From assembly GCA_951406725.2 (NCBI GenBank), contig OX597836.1, positions 25,048,001 through 25,112,000 on the forward strand: DNA of 64,000 nucleotides, given 5' to 3'. The notes beneath the pieces were generated by a model. The model was not told the origin of the DNA. It worked only from the letters and a program-made list of their open reading frames with translations, and made no database searches. This DNA is from Octopus vulgaris. Taxonomy: Eukaryota. The translations under genes were made by a program, and so were the position numbers. The first letter of the stretch is position 1. The number at the start of each line of letters is the position of its first letter. Shown here piece by piece: positions 53,627 to 64,000 of the stretch.

Positions 53627-54010
53627 GTTTACTCTTTTACTTGTTTCAGTCATTTAACTGTGGCCATGCTGGAGCACCACCTTTAATCGAGAAAATCGAC
53701 CCCGGGTACTTATTCTATCGGTCTCTTTTACCGAACCGCTAAGTAACGGGGACATAAACACACCAGCATCGGTTGTCAAGCAATGCTAGGGGGACAAACA
53801 CAGACACACAAACACACACACGCATATACACATATATACATATATACGACAGGCTTCTTTCAGTTTCCGTCTACCAAATCCACTCACAAGGCTTTGTTTC
53901 AGCCCGAGGCTATAGTAGAAGACACTTGCCCAAGGTGCCACGCAGTGGGACTGAACCTGGAACCATGTGGTTGGTAAACAAGCTACTTACCACACAGCCA
54001 CTCCTGCGCC
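53627..54010 (-). mobile_element. SINE family A
   Basis: Young full-length reverse copy. Confidence 0.9.
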
Positions 54011-55050
54011 ATATATATATGTATGCACACACATATACATACATCCACACAGACATATAGGCATATGCACACACACACACATCGAGACATAGATGTATAG
54101 ACACCATACATACATCCACACACGCACATAACCTAGCATTGTTTTGGTGTTCACTTCTCCGTGCATGCTTGTGTCACGTGATGACGATGACACGCTTTAT
54201 TGAAGCCAGATTTTCTCCGGCTCAGTGCACTTCTTGTCATCTAATGTCACCTGTTTTCCATCCAAGGGAAAATTTCTGCTTGTTTAACAAACGACAAGGA
54301 TTGCAAATAAACGACTCTTTTGTGTGAACAGTCAGTTTTTGTTTGCGATCAGCAAACACGTGTCAAGGAAAGCAAAATATATGCTTGCATGCACACCCAC
54401 CCACACGCACACACATTTATTTACACAAACATGCACATGCACATGCATTTATTTACACACACACACACACATGCACATACACACACGAACATGCACACAC
54501 ACACACACACATGCACACACACACATGCACACACACACACATGCACACACACACACATGCACACATACACATGCGCACACACACACATGCACACACACAC
54601 ATCCATACACACACATGCACACACACACACATGCACACACACACACACACATGCACACACGTGTGTTTGTGTGTAATAGAAGTAAAATTGTTTTGTTTTC
54701 CACATTTCTTTATTAAAAATTGGTACATGTTGTTGCTGATGCCTTATTCAGTTTTTTCCCTATGTGCTGGACCATGTAAAAGGCACCTGGGCAGGTGACA
54801 CCTATATAGCACTTTTGCTGGTCCCATGTAAAAAAGCACCCAGTACCCTCTGTAAAAGGGTTGGCATTAGAAAGGGCATCTTTATCAGAACAGACAATTG
54901 GAGCTTGGCACAGGTCTGTGGCTTGCCAGTTCTTGTCAATCCATCTAACTCATGCCAACATGGAAAATGGATGTTAAATGCTGCTGCTGCTGCTGATAAT
55001 TGTTGTGGTGGGAGTGGTGGGAACGAAATGTTTTTTTAAAAAATTTTTTC

Positions 55051-55406
55051 TTAGTTAGTTAGTTAATTTTTTGGCTCAAAAAGCAAAAAAGCAAGGCCAT
55101 GTAGGGGGACATGGAGTTATGTACAGGGTGGTGTTCATGTAATGAGTTCAGGCCACTTGTGGTCAAGAGAGACTTTGAACCGAGCGGTCGTCGGCATCTT
55201 CACCATCTCGTCCGGCAGCTTATTCCACGGATCCGCAACCTCGACAGAGAAAGCCCCTCTCCTACGATTGAGATGAAATCGTCGCAGATAGAGCTTTTCG
55301 GAATGACCCCGCAGCCGACACTCTGGAACAGGAGTGAAGAACAGCTCTTTCGAGAGGTTACACTTTCCGCTTATGATGTTGTGAGCAAGAATGAGATCAC
55401 CACGGC
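55051..55406 (-). mobile_element. CR1-clade LINE 3' end
   Basis: Minus-strand translation GDLILAHNII...RGHSEKL...FSVEVADPWNKLP...FKVSLD, with a (TAAC)n tail. Confidence 0.85.
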
Positions 55407-55953
55407 ATTGTCATGCCATGGTGGATCCTATTCTCCGTCTGTGACATTCATGGGAATTATCGATGTCTTGCTCTTATCTAAAGTAAATCCTTTTCTTCAT
55501 GTTAAACAGCATAATCACTGCATCAGTATCGTTGTCATCACCATCATCAGTGTTGTCATCAGTATTGATGTTGTCATCATTGTCCATTTTCTTGTGTCCC
55601 ATAACATGCAGGGCTAAATGCAGACTAATTCTGGAACAGCCACTTAATGTACAATATTTTCTGGGCACAAACACCCCAAATTGTTAAGTACCCAACATGG
55701 GTGGACATAGAGGAAAGCAATACTTTTTTTTATCCAAATTCTCACCACTCAGTAAATTCTGCTTAAAATATCCCCAAAAGCACAACAGGCCCAAGTATTG
55801 TTTTTTGTTCAAACTGTCCATATCCAGCCTCTCACACCTACCTTACAATGTCATTCTGAAAATGAACAATTACATCATTGAAATCTTGAAGCTTCAGTAT
55901 AATGCATGATTAATTCAAAACCCTGTGAATAAATAAGCATTATATTTGACAGA

Positions 55954-56305
55954 GGGGCATGGCTCAGTGGTTAAAGTGTTGGCCTCATGATCATGAAGTA
56001 ATGAGTTCGATTCCCAGAATGGGCTGTGTTGCGTTCTTGTGCAAGATACTTTATCTCATGTTGCTTCAGTTCACTCAGTTATAGAAATGAGTTGCGACAT
56101 CACTGGTGCCAAGCTGTATCGGTCCCTTTGCTTTTCTCTTGGATAACATCGGTGGAGTGGAGAGAAGAGGCTGTTATGCATGGGCGACTGCTGGTCTTCC
56201 ATAAACAATCTTGCCTAGACTTGTACCTTGGAGGGGAACTTTTTGGGTGCAACTCCATGGTCATTCATGACCGAAGGGGGTCTTTACCCACCACCCTTTA
56301 CTCCA
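55954..56305 (+). mobile_element. tRNA-derived SINE family C (Meta/CORE-like) with TSD
   Basis: A box tggctcagtgg, B box gagttcgattc, flanked by an atttgacagag duplication. Relatives lie at ~11085-11365, 21370-21655, 30540-30860(-), 31896-32272, 36930-37220(-) and 60874-61205. Confidence 0.85.
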
Positions 56306-57994
56306 TTTACATTTGACAGAGTAATCCAAATGCTAAAGAGTTAAGATTCCTACATGACCAGAAATATATATTTTCTTATATTTTTCTGTAGCAATGATGA
56401 GGTCTTTTGTGAATATATTTGTGGAAACTTTCAAATATTTGTCCTGGAATGACTTGCTTTAATGCATTTCAAATTACAATTAATTAAACTATTAACGAAG
56501 AACACCAAGTCTCCAGATCATATTCAGGTTATTCTGTTCTACTTCCAGCCAAGACAACAATGCTTCACTTATTTAAGTTTTTCTTAATTGCAAAAGAAAG
56601 CACACCTACTTTATTGTTGCTGGCCAGGAGGGAGGGCTGATCTAGATAGAGATGGTTGGGAAGGAGGTCTGAACCAGTTATAAAAGTACTTCAGCTATAA
56701 ATATTATAATCTTTGTGAGTTCAAGCACAGGAGTTTAACACAGTCGAGTTGACGCTAAAATGTGATGAAGTGGAAAGAGATTTATGGTTAATTGTTTATT
56801 ATTCTGGTTTATTATTTAATCCTGGCCATGAATTCTGTTGAATGTCTTCTCTGTCTGATTGTTATTGGGAGTCTTGTGTTAATAAAAATAAACAAAGTTA
56901 TAGACAAGAGTGAGTCAGTGAGTCATAATGGTGTATTTTAATTTCGTTTTTATCTTTTGCTTTGCATCAGTCTTTAGATTGTGGCCATGCTGGGGCACCA
57001 TCTTGAAGAGTTTTTCATCCGATTCCTTTATTTCTACTTTTTTTCTGAAGCCCGGTACTTATTCTAACGTACTCTTTTGCTGAACCGCTAAATTATGGGA
57101 ATGGAAACAAGCCAACACCGCTTGTCAAACAGTGTTCGGGGAGAGAGAGTCACACACCCACACACGCCCCCCCCCCACACACGCACATACACACACACAC
57201 ACACACGATGGTCTTGTTTCAGTTTTTGTCTTCCAAATCCACTCACATGGCTTTGGTCAGCCCAAGGCTATAGTAGGGAGACATTAGCTCAAGGTGCCAT
57301 GCCAAGGGAACTGAACCCAGAACCATGTGGTTGGGAAGCAAACTTCTTACCACACAGCCATTGTATTGGTGGTGGTGGTGGTGGTGAAGAAGAAGAAGAA
57401 GAAGAAGAAATACTGGAGAATTAATTGTTTATGGCCAAAGTTCTGACACAGGCCAAAATTGAGAGCAGAACATTGAGGGAAATTTTGTGGTTCTTTGAAC
57501 TTAAACAGCAAAAGAAGAAAAAAAAAAAAATGAAATTTTTCAAAGAATAATTCACTACACCGATATTGTGTTGTTGAAGACTGGGTCTTTAGATCCACTT
57601 GTTTTACATTCCTGGCTTTGATTCTCTCTCAAAGCGTTGTGTGGCTAATAGAGGAGATTTTATTGTTCTACCAGAACAGATAAAAGCTATTATATGTGTG
57701 AGAAGTGTGAGACCTAGTAAAAAATTATATTTGTTCTCTCTTTGAATTCCAGACAATTTACAGGCGTGAGTTGGTGTGAATTTTTGTTCATTCTGTAGGT
57801 TATCATTCCCATTTCCAAAACAGACGATGTTTTTATTGATCTCGAGAGGGACAAGGAAAGAAAGTGTCGGATGGGGTTTGAACTCAAATTTAATGATTCA
57901 AACTGGAGCCATGTGTTTAAAAATTGCTTTCTCTGTTTGTCCCACCCCTCCTCTCTCTCTTTCCCTCTTTCTCTCTCTCCCTCTTTCTCTCTCC

Positions 57995-58046
<52 letters not shown>

Positions 58047-58257
58047 CTGTCTCGCACACACACACACACACACTCACTAAATTATTGAATATAAGTAGTC
58101 TCCCTTAGTAGCTTAGCCTACTAAGGGAACAAGAGTTACTTCCCTTAAGTTAATCTCTGTCTTGCCTGAAGGGAAGCTAAAAATGTTTTGCGAATTTAGC
58201 TCTTCACATGATTCCATTATTTTAATTTATTTTATTTTATTTCTTTTCTATTTTCAG

Positions 58258-58296
58258 TCTCCATCAGGATTATCTTTCTCCTCCAAGAACACACGT
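58258..58296 (+). CDS. 39-nt symmetric (phase 2-2) micro-exon of the neurabin gene, encoding (D)LHQDYLSPPRTH(V)
   Basis: Long T-rich tract ending ttttcag|, then 39 nt, then |GTAAGT. It is open in exactly the phase left by the 52034 donor. Confidence 0.7.
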
Positions 58297-58676
58297 GTAA
58301 GTTGAAGGCATCTTGCCATCTTTGTCATATTATATATATACTTATACTATCTCAATGCATCTATTTCCTTTGGCGCAGTGAAACCACCTGCGTAGTACAA
58401 GGGTGTGTGAGGTTTATATCTTTACCTTTTATTCTTTAACTTATTTCAGCCATTGGACTGCAATCATGTCGGGACACTGTCGTCACGAGTTTCAGTTGAA
58501 CAAATCAACCAGAGTACTTTTTTCCCCCTTTAGCTTGGTCCTTATCTTATCGGTCCCATACACCAAACTGCTAAGTTACTGGGATGTAAGTAAACAAGCC
58601 AATATGTGTTGTCAAGCGGTGTGGGTGACAAACACAAAGACACACACTGGTTTATGTGTGTGTATACATATATATA

Positions 58677-59040
58677 TCTATAAATATATAAACGGCAAAA
58701 TGTCTGTGTGTGTATCCTTTATACAAATTCACAATATTTCAGTTAGAGGGCTCGCACTTTCTATGGTCACTCAAAACCGTCCAAGGGTGGTCATGCACAT
58801 CTTTATATTTCTCCAGTCACCCCGTAAAGCCATTAAAAAAATCAATAGAAGTGACTTTTTTGTGAATTTTCTATCCCAAATCCAATCAAAATGCCTGAAA
58901 CTTGATACGCCAATTGTATGCCAGCTAGCTGTACGTGATTGGTCGAAGATTTGGACAGTACTTGCGTGTATGTGTGCACGCACGCAGCTGTATATGCTTG
59001 CACTAGCACTATGACCCGGCAACGCCAGGTCATAGTGCTA

Positions 59041-59041
<1 letters not shown>
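58677..59041 (+). mobile_element. Non-autonomous Helitron
   Basis: A|TCTATAAATATATAAAC 5' end and 3' hairpin plus CTAG|T. There is no TSD, and it is inserted at an AT within the microsatellite of a SINE. Confidence 0.8.
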
Positions 59042-59081
<40 letters not shown>

Positions 59082-59186
59082 CAATATTAAATCTCAGAGC
59101 AAGAAGTAGCGGTACGGAATCGTGAAGTATATATATATATTTATATATATATATGTATATATAATAGATAGAGAGGGCTGGTCTAT

Positions 59187-59248
59187 GGGGTTACTCAGGG
59201 TTTCACGTGCATAAAGCGCTTAACTTTACAGCATTTCTTCAGAAACTC
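59187..59248 (-). ncRNA. Degenerate hammerhead related to the 35393 copy
   Basis: Minus strand: CTGAAGA-aatgctgtaaag ttaagcg ctttatgcacgt-GAAA-ccctgag-TA-acccc. The core is canonical but stem I pairs poorly. Confidence 0.4.
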
Positions 59249-60004
59249 GGCCTATAGCCTCACTCAGTGTGCCCATGGGCCTAGGGTCTATATATTCTAC
59301 TACTCTGTAACTTAGAGTGTGCTTCTTTTTCGGATTTATGATTCAACGAAGGTATCCATTCATCTGTCGGTCGGTCGGTCTTTTTTCAGTTTCTGTATAC
59401 CAAATCCACTCATAGGGCTTACGATCATAGGTCAGATACCCTAAACATTGAGCCAGGCCCCTTCACAGTTTCACATGAATCCACACGAACCACATCGACA
59501 TTATCCAGTGTTTTTTTTTTTGTATGCGTTTATTGTTTTAGGGTGTAAGAAGCAGTTATGAAACAGAAGTGTGTGTGTTATGTGTATGTGCTTGCTTGCA
59601 TAATTCCACTCTATTCTTATTGCATCATTCTACATCCAACTAATTGTGCGTATATGTAGGAGATAAATGTGTTTAAGGGGTTAATGTGAGTGCGTGTACA
59701 TATTTTATTAAACCTCTGATTTTCTTCCTAAAATTGTAAAGCTGACCTTAAAGGTGTAGATTTGAAGGGAGGTAACCCTGTCAAAAACTCTGAATTATTC
59801 CCCTTCCCATATGTGGAAACTAGAACCAGCAGAATTCTAAAGATGGCAGAATATATATATCTTTATGAAAATAAAACCTGTGTTGTGCCCATCCAACCTG
59901 GTTTTTGAAATATTTGATATCTTACTGTTTATTACATAACTAATGGTAAAACTGACAGTTATCTTAATATTTCAGTCTGTTGAATAACACATATACATAC
60001 ACAA

Positions 60005-60289
<285 letters not shown>

Positions 60290-60442
60290 TGGATCCTCAA
60301 TTTAATAAACTATAAATAGGACGGTGTACCCCTTATTACCAAAATGTCTGTTTAATTAAACATATATAATTTAGATTTTATGTTAAAGACAATAAGTTTT
60401 TTGACAATCCATCGGTACCGGTAGATGATGTCATTCACTCAC

Positions 60443-60479
60443 ACAACTTTTCCCTTGTGACATAGATGAAGAGGCTAGG
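60443..60479 (-). other. Candidate 37-nt antisense exon
   Basis: Minus strand reads ctctctttttcag|cctagcc...aagttgt|GTGAGT. Confidence 0.3.
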
Positions 60480-62592
60480 CTGAAAAAGAGAGTGAATGAT
60501 GATGTCTCCTCAATATGAAAGAATCAGCAGGCTCTTTTTTTTTTTTTTTTTGTTACTGTAGAAGAAAACTTTAATAGAATATTCAGTCACGCAAAACATA
60601 ATTTTGTTAGCTTGTAATAAAGAGTAAATTTTTACTTAACTTTCTGACAGAATCATTGAAGAGTTGTTTGTCCTGACCACAGAGATAACGCATCATTGTT
60701 ATCATTTTCTTTTAACGTCCATCTTTTCCATGCTGGCATGGGTTGGAACGCTATAACAGTCTTTGTTGATGATCTGAAGGTAAAATCGTCAGTTTGTGAC
60801 TCTTTTTAAATATGCCCCAAAGAGAGGCCCTTGGGTTGTCTATTTCTTGTGGTTTACTTGTGATGTCTTGTGAAGGCGCATGGCTCAGTGGTTAGAGTGT
60901 TGAGCTTACGATCATGAGGTTGTGAGTTCGAATCCTGGACTCGGCTGCATGTTGTGTTCTTGAACAAGACACTTTATTTCACGTTGCTCCAGTTCACTCA
61001 GCTGTAGAAATGAGTTGCGATGTCACAGGTGCCAAGCTGTATCGGCCTTTGCCTTTCCCTTCGATAACATTGGTGGTGTGGAGAAGGGACAACGCCAGTA
61101 TGCATGGGTGACTGCTCGTCTTCCACAAACAACTTTGCCCGGACTTGTGCCTAGGAGGGTAACTGTCTAGGTGCAGTCCCATGGTCAGTCATGACCGAAG
61201 AGTGTCTTAGCATACTTGTGATGTATACTTAGCATACCTGTGATCTATAAGCCATTGGTTGTGAAAGAGAAGCAGATATCAGTGAAGTTAGTCTGCAGAA
61301 TGCATCCAACTTGTTTGCTTTTCTGACACTTTTTGTTAAGTGATAACTTAACAAAAGAATTTATGTATAAACTTTTGAGAGAATGTGAAATAATTCTTTT
61401 TGGGGACTAGATTTCAAGGCTGTGAATAATAGTGTGTAGATATTGAGTTAACACCCCCCCCTCCTTCGGTTAGGAAAAGTCAAAAGTTGCTTGTGTGTGT
61501 CACAAGCCAACACCAATTGTACACATGACAGGTGTTCTACCATTAGACCAAAGCAATCCTTCAGATCCCTTTGTGTGTTTTAGAAACTTAATTTTTACCA
61601 GTGAGAAATTGTAATTTGCCAATGGCATAAGTATTTATAAACTTTCATGGGAATATGAGATGATTCTTTTTCGGAACAGTGGATCTCCAAGCACATCTCA
61701 TAAAGCTATAAATAATAGTATGTAAATATTGGGTTGTAAAACCCTTTTGGATAACAAAAAATGTGGGACTCAAACACACATTTGCTGTGGAAAATGTTAA
61801 TAAAAACAAACATTGTGTGAGTCTTGAAGTGACATCCACCACAGAGTGGATAGCCTGAAGATCTTCCTATGGAGTGAATCTTTCTGTGGACTCGAAACAG
61901 AAGGACAAGTCTATTCGTTGCTAACTAAAACACAGGCAATACTGAAATCATGTGTGTTCCATCTACATAATTACATGTAACCTTAACACACACACACACA
62001 CACACTCACTGTGGCCTATACAAATTACATATGCACATTTACTTGTGTGTGTACAAATTGTTACATACACACACACGCATGCTCTCTCTTTCTCTCTCTC
62101 TCTCTCTCTAACTTTCTCTCAATCTTTCTTTCTCTCTTTCTTACTCACATAGTCTTTCTCTCTCACACACACACACACACTGTCTCTCATACACACACTT
62201 TGTCTCTCCCTCACACACAATCTTACCCTCTCTCTCTTTTCTCACACTCACACACACACACTCTTTCTCTCTCCCTCCCTCTCTGTCCCCCCCACTTTCT
62301 ACAACTCTCACACAATCAAAACTTTATCAACTGACTCCAACCCAACCTTTACTTTTCATTAAAGTTAACCTTCACAAGTCTCCTCCACCCACCCCTCACA
62401 CACACACACACACCTGTCTATTCATCCTCTCATTGTGAGGCAAAGAGGAGGGGGAGGAGGAGGCGGCGGACACCTATGCGGTCACTCAACATGCTAGATA
62501 TAGCAGTCAAATCACCTTTAAACCACAATATAAATCTTAAAAACAGTGAAGGAAACACTGAATGATTTGTTGTTAGAAAACCTTAAACATAC

Positions 62593-62647
62593 CTGAAGGG
62601 CACAGATGGAATGTCGTTGATCACGGCGCTGCTCACTCTCCAATGAC
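62593..62647 (-). other. Candidate 55-nt antisense exon
   Basis: Minus strand reads gttgttgtttaaccacag|gtcattgg...cccttcag|GTATGT. The sequence is unique and contains CpGs, and two frames are open. Confidence 0.4.
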
Positions 62648-63053
62648 CTGTGGTTAAACAACAACATCAACAACAATCTGAAATTCTCTTTTCTTTCAGC
62701 ACAAAGTACCATAACTCTCTCATACTGTTTTCTGCCACCCCCTTTCGTTCCCCCACCTCCCACCACTCATAAATTGCATACACACACACACACACAGCCT
62801 TCCTTTCATCTATCATTACCCTATTTGCCAGAAACTCCAGTAATATTTCTTTTTTTTAATTTTTGTTTTTGCTCTTTTATTTGTTTGGTGTTTTGTTTTA
62901 AAATCTCGTCTTTTATTTCATGTTGTCTCCTCCACCTCTCCCCCATGTCTCCTTCCCATAATTCCCTACCAAAAAAACCTCTCTCTCCTTCCCCACCAAA
63001 AGGTTTCATCTCTCTCTCGCTTACTCTCTCTCTCTTACTCTCTCTCTCTCTCT

Positions 63054-63092
<39 letters not shown>

Positions 63093-63293
63093 TCTCTCTC
63101 CATTCTGTTGATTATTAATTTCATTAAGTTATTCTTTTATTTATCCATTCTGCTTTTAATTATTAATTATTCATTCTGTTAAAAACCATTATTCATCAAA
63201 TCAGGGCTTCTTTTAAATTAAGAGTTTACTCTGTATGTTCATGAGTGTGCATGCATGCATGTGTGTATATAAGCCTCTATATGTGTGTGTGTG

Positions 63294-63338
<45 letters not shown>

Positions 63339-63580
63339 TTTTTAAAGCTGAAACAGATTCACTAATTGTTACTCAGAATTTCATGTCACTGTTCACCAAA
63401 TAGGAACTGTCATGTGAAACTGAGCAACACTTTCTGATGATTCTTTTCAGCTTCAATAAAATATTTCCCTGCCTTTGCTATACAGCTACTAATTTTTCCT
63501 CTTTGTCTTACACCAAAGTGCTTACTTGTATGTATACACCCCCACACATCCGTCTGTCTGTCTATTTATCTGACTGTCGA

Positions 63581-63812
63581 TAAGGCGGCGAGCTGGCAGA
63601 AACGTTAGCACGCCGGGCGAAATGCGTAGCCATATTTCGTCTGCCGTTACGTTCTGAGTTCAAATTCCGCTGAGGTTGACTTTGCCTTTCATCCTTTCGG
63701 GGTCAATAAATTAAGTACCAGTTACACACTGGGGTCGATGTAAACCACTTAATCCGTTTGTCTGTCCTTGTTTGTCCCCTCTGTGTTTAGCCCCTTGTGG
63801 GCAGTAAAGAAA
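63581..63812 (+). mobile_element. tRNA-derived SINE family B (Deu/Nin-like central domain)
   Basis: gagttcaaattcc B box and gcctttcatcctttcggggtc domain. Flanking tatttatctgactgtc duplication. Other copies lie at ~2775-3010(-), 6561-6750, 10265-10470(-), 12414-12862 (two), 29336-29570 and 32625-32842(-). Confidence 0.88.
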
Positions 63813-64000
63813 TGTATTTATCTGACTGTCTGTCTATCTGTCTGTCTATTTATCTGTCTGTCTATGTGTCTGCCCGTCTATCTGTTTGTCTATCTGTTTG
63901 TCTGTCTGTCTTTGAGTTAAGTAGAAGTATTATATAAGTGAAATTTTGAATAACACAGTTGAAAACCATGTGGTGTATTATTTTTTAGGAGCAAAACTTA

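Noticed and set aside
60423-60483. C/D box snoRNA-like ATGATG...CTGA
   Set aside because: Box C is mismatched, there is no terminal stem, and no rRNA guide is recognisable.
60874-60945. tRNA-like sequences with A/B boxes (also 11085, 31896, 55954, 63581)
   Set aside because: These are SINE heads that run into SINE bodies and lack a complete cloverleaf.
61848-61916. CTGAAGA...CGAAAC...GTC hammerhead-like motif
   Set aside because: Stems I and III do not pair in register, so it is at best a decayed relic.

Overview
Eukaryotic, repeat-dense genomic DNA. The SINE families and the very high (CA)n/(TA)n load point to an octopod cephalopod (Octopus sp.), which is an inference from repeat recognition. 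Almost all ORFs in the supplied track are microsatellite or SINE artefacts. One clear host gene is present on the + strand: a ~2.2-kb exon (49837-52034, ATG at 50098) encoding the N-terminal actin-binding region of a neurabin/spinophilin (PPP1R9) homolog. It is followed by an in-frame 39-nt micro-exon (58258-58296) and preceded by candidate 5'-UTR exons, so much of the window is probably intronic. The rest is tRNA-derived SINEs, CR1-like LINE remnants, a maT-like Tc1/mariner remnant, TTAA-flanked MITEs, a non-autonomous Helitron, and Penelope-like element (PLE) remnants, several of them at (TA)n tracts. The most notable observation is a set of minimal type-I hammerhead ribozyme folds. One has a canonical core and lies just 3' of a PLE GIY-YIG ORF. 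Others sit in long palindromes and carry covarying catalytic-core 3-8 pairs (G3-C8 at 30353, U3-A8 at 7922) plus an extra base after A9. All alignments and folds were done by eye, and repeat boundaries are approximate.
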